Shown: positions 1 to 12,904 of the stretch, piece by piece
How positions within the stretch are numbered: the stretch's first letter is position 1
How the letters are laid out: every line of letters begins with the position of its first letter
Assembly (NCBI RefSeq): GCF_001194135.2
Contig: NC_069002.1
Location: forward strand, 18,127,927 to 18,164,540
DNA from: Octopus bimaculoides
Taxonomy: Eukaryota
Reading direction: 5' to 3'
Length of the DNA: 36,614 nucleotides
Notes under the pieces: model-generated
Databases searched by the model: none
Told to the model about the DNA's origin: nothing
The model's input: the letters and a program-made list of their open reading frames with translations, nothing else
Made by a program: the position numbers and the translations under genes

Positions 1-346
1 GACAACGTTTCTCTAAAAGAAATGGAAAAACTTTCAAAATACAAAGACCTGGAAATAGAGATAACTCGAATGTGGAATCTAAAAACAGAAACAATTCCTA
101 TCATAGTAGGTGCCTTAGGTATAATAAAAAAATATTCAGACAAATACATAACAAAAACACCAGGACTTACAAATATATATAACATACAGAAAATTGCACT
201 ACTGGGTACTGCACACATTCTACGCAAAACACTTTCAATACAGTAAACATAAGAGCACCACAGCAAACCACAGTACATACCCAAGGCGCACAGAGCTGCA
301 CTCGGTAGTGAAGTGAAAGCACGTTATAAAAATAAAACTACTGAAC

Positions 347-391
<45 letters not shown>
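1..391 (+). mobile_element. 3' end of R4/Dong-like non-LTR retrotransposon (RLE endonuclease C-terminus, 3' UTR, (TAA)n tail)
   Basis: ORF 22-246 EKLSKYKDLEIE..RMW...PIIVGALG...ALLGTAHILRK is the typical RLE C-terminus; (AAT)n at 347-391. Confidence 0.8.
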
Positions 392-392
<1 letters not shown>

Positions 393-756
393 GTCAACAG
401 TCAGCAGCTGAAGACACTACAAGCCAACAGTACAACTGAAAAATAACTTTTTTATTTTTAATGACTTTTTGATTATTTTTAAAAACTTGGAATATCCATA
501 AATATCTATAATTTTCTGTGAATATTTAAAATTTCCTTCAATATAATTCAATGATTCAAGTGTTGGACATGAATCAATGTGTAGAAAAATTGAAGAAAAA
601 TTAAATCTGAAATCATCATGAAACAGGATGTAAGAAACTGCAGAAAAATGAATGAAAATTTTTTTTTTAAGTAAGTCATATATGTATATATACATATATA
701 TATATGTGTGTGTGTGTATGTGTAAAAAAAAAAACACACACACACACAGATATATA

Positions 757-1033
757 TGAAGACCTCATTTAAGGAAATGAAGACAAGATTACGAAGACAG
801 GGAAAGCCCCTAGCCCCAATTACCACTGAAATGCTTAAAATATCTAGCAGAGTGGGATATGGCTTAATCACCTATATAGTTAATCAAGTTTTCCACAAGG
901 GAGTCATATCCAACAACTGGTGTAGCAGCATTACAGTTGACTGCTACAAAGGTAAAGGTGATGCCTTAGACAGAAATAATTACAGAGGTATCAGATTGTT
1001 GGACCAGGTGACAAAAGTCACAGAAAGGGTCAT
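757..1033 (+). mobile_element. RTE-clade LINE fragment, reverse transcriptase N-terminal part
   Basis: ITTEMLK...NWCSSITVDCYKGKGDALDRNNYRGIRLLDQVTKVTERVI. Confidence 0.75.
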
Positions 1034-1410
1034 ATCTGTTCTTGTGTCTGGTGAGGCATCACAAAACTCCAGCAGCTTTGTACCTTCCTCATTTCTGAAG
1101 CCAAAGCTGTAGCCACCATGTACACCCTGAAATCCATCAGAGTGTTTTCCAACATGTCCATTGAAGTCCCCTGCCATGATGAGTATGTCGCTGTCTTTCA
1201 TCATCAAAGTAGTCCTTGTAGAGGTGGTCTTTCTGAGCATCTGTGAGTCCAGCATACAGAGCATGTGCAGAGATCACTGACACAGTTACATCAAACAAGG
1301 CTATTCTTAACTTAATGATCTTATCACATATCTCGAATACCTCAATCACTTTATCCATCCATTGCTCTGCTAGTAGAATACCTATGCCACCTAGGTCCTC
1401 AATTGTTACC
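1034..1410 (-). mobile_element. RTE-clade LINE fragment, AP endonuclease
   Basis: VISAHA...LIMAGDFNGHVG...GVHGGYSFGFRNEEGTKLLEFC, frameshifted across ORFs 1137-1358 and 980-1264. Confidence 0.8.
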
Positions 1411-2377
1411 TACCCAGAAAAAAATTGTGTCTATGCTCTTTGCCCGTAAGCAGTTTAGCTGAGGTTCCCTTCCATTGTACCTCTTGGACACAGCACACAA
1501 CTACATGTCTCTACTCAAGCATCTAAACTATCTCTCCAGACTTATCTTTCAGAGTGCTAACATTGATTTTACTAGCTCTGAGCTTGTAGAATTGGGAGAA
1601 TATTTTCTCCTGGAAAGAAAAAGATCTTTGGGGCTGCATGCCTGGAGACCACAGGTCCTTGTGCTTAGGTAGAAAAATAATATTACAATTGCAGTTTCAA
1701 TTTCCTTCAGTCCCATACCTAGGGGCCATGAGTCTCTAAGCATGGGCATTAGAGAGTTTCTCACTTTTGTTTTTCAAAATGAATGTACTCAATGTTAGTA
1801 CAATTCTTGTAATATCATGTACTTCAGGATGGACTGAATGATGCAGTTCCATTCCTTTTTCTTCTGAGTTCAAATCCTATCAAAGTCAATTTTACTTCTT
1901 TGTTGCGTCAATAAAATAAAAACCAGTTAACCAATGGATTTAAGAAGTGTTGTCCAATCTATGTTAACATGGAAAAAGCATACAACTTTATCCTCTACCA
2001 AATTTGTGTCCAGTGCTCAGTATCACCTTCAAGCTATGCATTTGTGCATGTACAGGCTTCTTTTATAATTAGGGAAGTAAAAATATGTGCACACAAGATT
2101 TTCAACATGAAGTAAGTATTTTTTAATTGAAGTAATTTGAGCAGAGGTTACCTGCATAGATGCTAAGAAAAGCAATTTCTTTATGCACCTTCAGAATAAA
2201 ATTTTGAGAGAACATTGCTTATGCTTATGTGAAAATATATTATCAATTTCTAACTAAAACGGATTTTCTTGTAATCCATAGTCACCCAAAAATTTAATTA
2301 CATCATGTCCTAACTGGGCAGCCTCTAATTAAAGCAGAACTAAATGAAACATAATTTTCATTCTAAATTTCTTTCAG

Positions 2378-2413
2378 GAGAAAGAAATCGCTGCCCTCCT
2401 TGATACTGGAAAG
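2378..2413 (+). CDS. IQCE: IQCE coding micro-exon (36 nt, [12 protein letters not shown])
   Basis: tttcag acceptor, gtaaaa donor, phase 0-0; matches the recalled IQCE segment xQIxxLLD. Confidence 0.8.
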
Positions 2414-5400
2414 GTAAAAAGAAAACATTTGTTAAATTTTAGTGCATTTGGTAGATAGAAATTGAAAGAAGTCCATCATGTATATGATAATAATCAGAAA
2501 ATCAGGTGTAGTATTCAATGCTTTATAGGACATACATGTATATGCAATCATGCACTTCCCTCATGAATGCCCTGCAGTAAATGCAACAGTTGGTGTTAAA
2601 GCTCCAAACACATACATTTTACCCATTATGCAAATTACACCCCCCCCCATATCCCACAAAATAGCAAAGGACAGACAAATATGACAAGGAATTTAGTGAA
2701 ATAACTTAGTTATCATTAAGCTAGTGTTAGGAACATAAATTGTGACTAAGGTTTGGTGGAATATTTCATTCAAAACTAATGAAAACAAGACATTTGTACT
2801 ACAAAGCCAGAACTGGTTTTGGCTGGGCTGGTAACGAAAGAGTTAAAGTCCCACAACATCTTGTATTTCTTACTTTCTAGTATTTTACTAGGTCCATGTT
2901 CATTCCATTTATCAGTATCTTCAAATGCTAGCTTTCTACATAACTTCCAGTGGATTACTCTCCTTAGGTTGTCATGTCTTTTCTTGTATTCTTTCTGTAC
3001 CAGCATGTTACATTCACTTACTATATGAGTGACGCTTTCCTCTTTTGACCTGCATAACCTACATTGAGAATCTACTTGGTTTTTGTCTATCTTGTCTTTT
3101 ATCCAATTAGTCTTTAATGCTTGATCTTGTGCAGCTACTAACAAACTTTCTGTCTCCCTTTCCAGCTTCCCTTTCTGCAACCATAACCATGTCTCACCAC
3201 TACTATTTGCTGCAACTATCTTTGGGAATCTACCATGCAAAGCCTTCTCCTGCCAGTCAGATAATTTCTGTTCTTTTTCCTGGTTTTTAACTTTGTTTGG
3301 GGTTTTGGTTTCCCCATGTCTTGCTGTGACTCTAGCAGTTCTTAGTAAACTTTCTTCACTATTACCTACATAGGAGTCTATATCTACTCTAGCTAACTCC
3401 ATGCATTCTACTGATATCAACACTCTTCCCCCTTCCTTTCTAGAAAAGTATAATCTTGCTACTCCTGCCCTTGGGTGGAGTCCTCCATTCATATTGAATT
3501 CCTTCTAGCTTTGCTAATTCAGCTTTTGTCCAATCTGCAAAAGATGAATATCTAAGTAATGGCACTGCCCAAGTATTTACAGCCTTCACTAGATTTGGAC
3601 CATTTAGCATTGACTTCATCACCCTTCTGATGTACTCCTTCTCAGTTTTGATTTTCATTTCTATTATCAGTATTTTGTCAGATTCTAATACTCCTAGGTA
3701 CTTATAACTCTCTCCTCCTTTCAATGATTTAATGTCTGGCCATCTGGTAATTGGATGCCCTCGCTGTTGACTACCTGTCCCCTTTTCATGACTAATATTG
3801 CACATTTATCTATGTCAAATTCCATGCCTATATCTTTGCTGAAGAGTCTTACACGCTGTCTTAAGAAATCTAACTATTTTTCATTCTTACTAAAAAGCTT
3901 CAGATTATCCATGTAGAGCAAATGGTTAACCTTTTCCTGATTATTTCTGAACTTACACCCTGCCTTTGCCTTTCTTAATATTAAACTGAGTGGATCAAAC
4001 ATAAGACAAATATTAAAGGGGACAACAAGTCCCCTTGAAAAATTCCTCTTTTGATATTAACTTTCCCTAGGTGTGTGTCACCTGAGTAGAGATCTACCTT
4101 TCATTCCTTCATGCTACAGCCAATTAATTCTCTTATGTTGTCTGCTGTACTGAATATACTCAGATGTTCACATATCCATGAGTGTAGGATCATGTCATAG
4201 GCTTTCCTATAATCTATCCATGCTGTTAGATTTTCTTTCTAGCCTTTGCTTCTTTTAGAACTGCTTTGTCTATGTATAATAGATCAAACGTTCCTCTAGC
4301 CTTCTTCTTGCAACCTTTTTGTTCATCTGGCAGTAAATTCTGGTTGTCAAGGTGCTTGTAAATACTTTCTGAAAGCATTCCTGTTAATAGCTTCCACACT
4401 AATGATAAGCAAGCACTCTTATGTTTCATAATGAGTATTGTCCTCCCTCTAATCATCCAATCTGGTATTATTCCTTCATTAAGGCAATCTTGAAGTTGTT
4501 CCCTCAGTCTCCCATGTAAACTACTAAATTTCTTTAACCAGTACACTTGAACTAAATCTGGTCTTGGGCCCTTCCAATTTGGCATTTTTCCTAACACTTT
4601 ACTCATTAATGCACTAGTTGGTCTTAGATCTGGCTGCTTCTCATTCACTATTTCTTCCTTCACTTTCTATAACCATACTGCATTTCCATTATGATTGACT
4701 GGCTTGTCCCAAATATTACTCCAGAACTTTCTAGCTTCTTCTGCATTAGGTTTCTCATCTTCAGCACTTTGTTTTCCACTATTTATTTGGTTATAAAATA
4801 TCCTTTGGTCTGTCTCAATTAAACTATTCTGTTGATACTGATCTATTCTTTTCTGATATCTGGAGTGTTTGCCTGCTACTGCTATTATACGTTGTTTCAA
4901 CTCTTCTATTACTATCCCAAATCCTTTCTCTTTGATTAGTTTTCCTCCTCTTGCACTCTCTAAGTACAGTTTTGTCTACCAGGAGTTGGTCCTTGGTACC
5001 TCTGCACTTATGCTTGCAACCCTTCTACTCATGTGGCAGGACTCCATTTTTTTTCCAGATGTCCATACTCTGTGACTATTCCAGTCAATAACTTCCACAT
5101 AAGTGGCAAACAGGATATCGGCCTGTAATTGTCTACCGTATTGCCTTTTTCAATGTTTTTCAAGTACAGAACTGTCCTACCTATTGTCAATTACTCTGGT
5201 GTTACTTGGTTGGCATTTAATAAGGTATTGAGTTGTGCAACTATTCGTGCATTCACCAAATCTTTTGATCCAGTAGCCTTGAACTCTGTCTGGTCTCGGG
5301 ACCTTCCAGTTGCCCATTTTTCCTTCCTTTCCCTAACTGAAATGACTAGTTCTGCCTGCCTTGGACAGACTACTGTTTTTTTCAGTTCTTGCAAACATTC

Positions 5401-8119
5401 AGCATCCTTCTGGTGCTCCTTGTCTTTGCTCCAGATGTCACTCCAAAACCTTTGACTTTCAGTGTTATCTGATATCAACTTTTCATCTGTACACTCTTCA
5501 TTTATTTCTTTATAGAATCTCTTCTGATCTACTCTGAATAACCTATTCTGCTGGTATCCCTTCATTCTTTGGTCGTATCTTACCATCTTTGCTTTCTTTG
5601 CAACGAGGCGCTGTTTCAGATCCTCCATTACCACTTTTAGGCTCTTCCATTCAATATCATACTTCCTGTTCAGTGCCCCGTATTTTTGTTCACTTTTAAG
5701 CTCCCCCTTATCTTTTCGGTCTAACACAGTAATTTCTTTCGAGAGCATGTCTAACCCTGGCTGTATTCTTCTTTTCCACCATGGATTTTTTCTTTTGTCA
5801 CTCCCATTATATTTCTTTTTCTTGACATCAACACCCACATTTTCTGTTACAACAATACTTGCTGCCTTGATCAAATTATTTGTTTCTGTGATGTTTTTTT
5901 GTTCTGATGTGTTGTTTAGTTTCAACTTTTGTCTTGTACTTGAGATAATCATAAACATGTGAGGGTTGAAGGGAATAATAGGAGGAAGAGAAGCAGCTTG
6001 GTAAATAGACCCAATTGGACTACATTATACATTATCCATTCTTTTGTTGCTATTTCTAGCAAGTGAAGTGACTACATAGAGGTTACCTTATTGATACATA
6101 AAACTTTGTTTATGTTCTAGTATTTTTATCCAATGAACTCAACAAGTTTTCAAGAAATTACTTTTACTTCTTTGAACACATTTTTCTTGGCATGAAATCA
6201 CTCATAAGAGCCCAAAATCCAAACAAACTCCACTGTGGAAATACTGCTAAATTACCTTAAATGCACATTGTTTTCACTCCCTAACTTCTTTGACCACACC
6301 AACAAGTCCCCTGCTTCACTGACATACTTCCTGTTTTTTATATTGTTACTATATAATAGGCTCTGCCTTTCAGAATGTAGTGGATGCATTCCTCCTCAGG
6401 TTCAATTTTCTATTCATTCTACCTGCTTTACTTTCCTTCTCTAAACTCTATACCAAGATTACAGAAGGGGAGTGCTAAGCAGTGATAAGTAAAATTATAA
6501 TGTTTTTATCAATCCAAATATGCTTGTTTGAACTGTGAACAAGCCACCTGTAATTTACTTGTGGTGAGCCACCATATAGTGCTACCAGTCGCCATATGGC
6601 ATAAGAGAGTCAGTCTTTTCAATCAGCTTGTAGCACTGCCTGCCTGGTGTCCATCACTGAAGAGAAGATAACTACTCCAAAATGCTTGTGTCTCACAGTC
6701 TGGGTAGGTGGTGCTACGAGCTGATCTAGGTGTATACACACCATTTGTCAACAAACAGGATATATTTTCCATGATAAAACGCAGTGAGTAGCTTGTTCAC
6801 AGTTCAAATGTGCCTGAAGCATATTCAGACTGATAATAACATTACAATCTATACCAAGAATAACACGCATTTGTCTATCCTAGGTTCTGCTGCTCTGTGG
6901 AATTCACTTCCTCCCAGTTGGTTTTTACTATCCATTAACAAATCTCAAGGTTTCAGATTAACCATACTAACATTATATGCCCACTCCAAGAAAAATTGAT
7001 GGCACAGAAAAACCCCCACAAAAAGCAAAGGGATTGTATCTTTAAAAAAAAAAAATGGTGAAATGGGGAAGGTGCCACTCAATCATATTTCCTTTTCAGA
7101 AATTATTTGTCCTTTGCTCTATGGGTAAAAAAAAGCATTTTAGATTGGGAAAAAAAACAAAACAAACAAACACATTGTGTTGTTGATGTTGTAATAATCA
7201 TGAAATAGTGAGTGTAAGAAAATTATTACTTGTTTTTTTTTTGCCTTTTTTGATAGAATGAAGAATTTCGGAGAACCTTAACTGATCGACGATCAGATTC
7301 CTTCATGGTAAGTTGTTATTATTTAAATATTTGAATAATTGAAACATTTAAGATTCATTCCAAAATTTGCAAATATTTATATGTGCTAAATGTTTAACCT
7401 GTCAATTCACCCAGCTATCACTACACTGGGAATTCCTTGAACAGTTCTACTGTGAGATGGGAGAGGCATGATAATTGAATGGCTAAAGAGTTCACTTTGC
7501 AACAATGAAGTCCCAGGTTTGATTCCACATCCCATGTTGTGACATCTTGGGTGGAGGTCATTTTTTATAGCCTGAAGTCAACCCAAATTTTGTGAGTGAG
7601 ACAGGGTGGAAGAAACCTGTATAGAAGCTTGTCAGGTGGCTTCTACTGTTATTCAAAAGCTACCATCATGTTACACACTGTATCACACTGTTTCTGCTTG
7701 AAAATTTTATCTAAAGTACACATACCTGTAGAATTCTCAGCCACTTACATATCAATTCAGGAGTAGGTGATTTAAGTTGAATTCTCATCAACACACAACA
7801 GAGATTCACCACTAACTATGAAACGTTGCTTCCCCAGACTAGTTAATTAACAGACACAAAAATAGTTAAATCAAGGAAAGAACTTCTTAACTACAAAGCC
7901 CAAAATTTACCACCCCATCACATTCACTCACAGACAATTCCAACTTTAATTTCATCATCTTTATTTTCATATTACAGGTTATTTCAAATCTCAAGCATAA
8001 AATTATGAAACTAGAAGCACAACTTAAAGCCAAGGAAACTGTTTATTTGTAAGGAAAATTTCACTCCTCAACTATTATCTGTGTGCACATACACACATGC
8101 ATGCACACCTGCTCACATG

Positions 8120-8157
<38 letters not shown>

Positions 8158-8165
8158 AACACACA

Positions 8166-8227
<62 letters not shown>

Positions 8228-11200
8228 CATGTACACATACTTTCTCTCTTGTGGTGTTTCTGTGTGTATATATATACATATTTATGTATAGCAAAAGGAA
8301 GTTGAAAATGTGGTGAGAGTCTTTTAGATGGTTTATTTTTAAAGGCTTAACCAGTTTCACAGATTTTTCTGATTTTCAAAAGTTGAGACTGAAAGATGTG
8401 TGGCTATACTGCAACTGTCTGCTTCTGAATGGAGTTTGAAAATTCATTTGCTTTTATAGAGAGAACATGGCTCAAATTAGGATGTTTAGAACACAATTTG
8501 GTTGGCTGAGGATGATCACATGATTAGGCTTAGAAATTTTTGTAAGTTCTCCACTATGTCTATGCATTTATATCATGAGGCAGTATTTTTTGCGCCAAAA
8601 ATTAAGACTGACATGGTTGAGTGAACATGTCTAGTGACAGTTCCAAACAATCAAGACTCTCTAAATTTAACTCTTTGGTTACTAACCCAGCCATTGCTAC
8701 TCCAAAAGATAGTTACCACATGTGGACTATTGGCGATTTTTTTTCCTGGTTCTTCCTTCTTCCCTTTGGACTTTACTATTTTTCCTTTTTCCAAAGAAGA
8801 GCCCATGCTCAAAACGTAAAACAACTACTCTTTTCTTTCTCTGAGCATCATATTAATACTTCCTCGTGTTTGTTTTTTCTTTTTCCTTTTTCCCTGTTTT
8901 TTTCTTTTTTTAAAAATTAATTATATGCACACACACATACACACATCATCATCATCATCATCAATCTGATATAACATTTGGTTTCCATGCTAGGTTGTAA
9001 CTGAAAGATAATAGAAGAGGATAGAAGAGAGAGAGTAGGTAATGATCCTAGAAGGATGAGGAAATGTTAAGAGGAAAGGATGTGGGAGTATGGTAGGGAA
9101 GGGATTAGTGATGGCTGTCATTGAGAAGAAAAGGAATAAATTCAAAAAGATGTAGTCAGAAGATATGAGGGAAATGGGACAGGGTTAAGAAAAAGGGAGG
9201 AACAGAGTCGGAAAGGTCACAGAGTGGGTTGTGTTTGGGAGTATCTAAGCTAATCAATATTATAAGGGGTGAGTGTATACAGAAAAGGGTTCGAGAAGGG
9301 AGCAACAGACTACTGTGTTTGAATATTCAACCACTCAAAGTGAGAGACAAAAAGTGCATGGAAGCTTTTTGGATGAACTTTACTTGTAATACAATGATCC
9401 AGCTTTTTCACAAACTGCATCATGTTGACTCTACCTAAGTATTACATTAAGGATACAAATAACTGTGGAATACTCAGCCAGCTACACTATAGCTCATTGA
9501 GTAGGTAGGTCAGTCGATCAGACAACTAGAATATTAACTGTGAAAATGGAAGTGACCTCTGTCATTTACAGTCTTCCTGCCATTAAAATCCTTTTTGATA
9601 CCAACTTGCCCGGCACCAGTCTTAGTTCTATGATACAAACTTCTTGTTTTAGGGAGATCTAATTTGAAACTTTCCATCAAACTTTAATTTAATATGTAAT
9701 TTATGTTCCAAACACTCGCTTGATTGTAACAAAGTTATTTTACTACATTCTTTTTTATTATTTTCAAACTTAAGTGAAACAAAACCAGTTTCTTTCAACA
9801 GAAATATGCTAACAAAAGCGTTAAAGTGATCTAAATTAAAACCTTCCATTGAAATTTCATGTTAATTTATATCCCACACAGTATCGTAATAATGTCAAAG
9901 TTATTTTATAAGATTCTTCATTATTTTCAAAATTAACTGAAAGTGTTTTTCAGAAAAAAATATGGTAACAAAAGCATCAAATTGATGCTTCATTTTATAA
10001 CTAATGTTTGTTCATTGAGTATTTTTTCTTTTTAAATACTTTACTGTTATGGTGAGAGTCATTGACACCCCCTTGTAAGAATGGACTAGCCAAACTCATA
10101 TATGTAACAGCATGTTTCAATGAATGGGCAAATGAGAAAATCGCAGGAAGTCATAAGGCATTGTTTCAGAGTTCATGGAATCACAGGAAATTGTTGAGAA
10201 GTTGTTATAGCTTGTTGAGAGATTGTTTTGGAGTTGTTACATTGTTGGCAGAGTACTTGGGGATATATCAAGTGGAGACAGTTTGTATCTTCCCCATTTC
10301 GTAGTATTGTATATCCCATTGTTATAGTGTAGGAAATAAAAGTGACATACAGTAATCACATTATAAAACTTACCATATTGAAAACCAAACTTCTTTCTTT
10401 GTGTCAGGAAACTGAAGAGCAATTTGAAAACCACCAAAGTTGAAGAACTACAAGTTCAGGTAGAGACACTGTACCAGGAAATTGTACGTCTACAGAATTG
10501 CAATAGTGAACAAAAGTAAGAATAAATTACTGAAACATAATGGTTTGTGTATTTGTGTTTTTGTCTGTTCTGGATTCAGCCAACTGGAAATAGCAATCAA
10601 ATTTCTCTCAAAACACACCTGACTGTCTTAAAAGTAGAAGAACATATTGAATCATGGTATCTGAGACATAAATGTTTGCTAAAAAACAAAGACAGACATG
10701 GCTGAGATTAGAAACAATGAAACTATATATTAGTAACTCTCTCTCTCAAAATATACCCCAGGTTTTAATTAACACCTGGTTTTATATGCTTATGGAGTGA
10801 AAATAACAGACCATCAGCTCATGAATTGTGAGTTCAAATCTACTGCTGGTATTTTACTGTTCTTTTCAAAACACTATTCTGAATTGCCACAGTTCTAGAA
10901 ATCAAAAATAGGTACAAGATCACTGGGGACTGTTACCTGTGATGGATTGATGTCCTGTCCAGCTTAAGATGTGTCTGTCATCTACTTCACACATAAACAT
11001 TGGACAAATCACTGACTCTAATGAGTCTTTCAGGGTTCAAGATATATTTTTTATTTTTATATGTTGTTTTCAAATCTGAGCCATTACTGTCATCAAAATG
11101 TTCAACAATATCTTATTCAAGCCAACAAGAGAATATCTATATGATTGCTTGACCTGCTAGAAATAGCAACCAAATGTTGCTCGAATCATACCCCACCATA

Positions 11201-12829
11201 TTTTAAAAAAGGAAGTGCACATTGAAAATATCGTCCTGGAAATACAAAAGGATGAAAGGGTCGGGATTGAAACGTTTTTGATCATAGATTTTCTCAGTGA
11301 GAACTGACCTGGTGTTAAATGGCAAAAATATATATTTTGACCTCTCTATCTTTCAGCTTTGTTCAATGTGTCTTACACTTTAAAACTTATATTTAGGTTC
11401 ATTAAAGAGAGTGGGAACAATACGAAAATGAAAGCATTGAGTGACACTGTTCTGTGTTTGAACCAGACTTTGGAACAACTTCGAAATGAAAATCAGTCTT
11501 TGAAAGAAGATTTGGTCGAAGCTCTTGAAAACCCAAACCAAAACAAGGTTTTGCAAAGTTTGAACCACAGTAAGACTGCTGAAAGTGTAAACCAAAATAA
11601 GATTAACTCTGAAACAGTCAGTAAGTATTTATTGTGCTTATGTATGTTCTTTACTTTTTTATTTTCAGTTTTCTCATTTCTGGAATGGTTTATTTACACG
11701 GATGCCCAAATGTTATTAGATTACACCTAAGAAAAATCAAAATCCATTTATCTATAAAACAAACTTACTCCATCATGCAAGTTGCTAATTTTTACCCACT
11801 ATGATATAATCTCCTTTTGTCTCTTCTGCTACCTTTACTACAGCTTCTTCACATCAAAATATTCTCCTCTCAGTAAACCTTAGTAGAGGTAGGTTTAATC
11901 CGTCACCTGACTCTTGGGTGACATAAGGAGTGTCCACTCTGTTGCAAGTGTTTAAACGGGGTTCTTGATTTGTGAAAACCTCTGAATTAAGTTACGGTAA
12001 TTAACCTAAATAAATGACAATACAAGGTACAAAACTATGTAGAGTTTTAAGTATACTTGTATATATTTACGTATATACTATCGATTTTGTTATCGTAAGC
12101 ATGTTTATTCTTATTATTTCATCACTTTATAGTTTTGTACCTTGTATTGCCATTTATTTAGGTTAATTACCGTAACTTAATATGATACAACATTAATGGT
12201 TAATTATATTTACAATCCATCTTTAATTTTCCTTCCTTATAAACGTTTATTTACATAATTAATCGTATATAAAGAATTCATTGGATTCTCTCCCGTCCTC
12301 CTTCCAATTACAATAAATTTTTATTACCATTATTATTAACTTTAAGATTTTTCTGCGGTTCATTATGTCTTCCTTTAATTTAAACTCTTAGTATAGCATT
12401 CATAGCCTCTCTCCCTAAACAGCTCCCTGTAAACTAGCGTTCTTGTTTCTGACGGTCATTTAACTATATAGTATTATTACTCGTACGTAACCTTAGCATT
12501 CAGCGCAAGTTTTGCATTTGTAATTTGGTTCCCTGACGATGAAATTATGTGTATATACCAGCATCTCTCACTTCTTTGGAGTAGAGTGCACATAATTTTT
12601 TAAACATATGTAGGAATTAAAGGAACTTATTGATTATATGCTTTTTGCTCCATTTATTATTATTCTTTATATCTACTCAAAATACATCACTTTAACACGG
12701 AATTTCTACCCATTGGAAGGAGGACGGTATAATATCCCAGTTTTTGTATGATTTTTGCTACCCTGATAACTATTAACATATTTGCATTATCGAAGTTTTT
12801 CAACCAAGATAATATTAATATATACATAA

Positions 12830-12904
<75 letters not shown>

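Noticed and set aside
417-743. Possible upstream IQCE exon or independent ORF
   Set aside because: No frame resembles the expected preceding IQCE segment; composition is low-complexity AT-rich with microsatellite at one end.
6651-6705. CTGAAGAG...CTCCAAAA...GTC
   Set aside because: No GAAA and no stem I pairing.
8061-8360. His/Thr- and Val/Cys-rich ORFs (also 12687-12908 IYIY)
   Set aside because: They are translations of (CA)n and (TA)n microsatellites.
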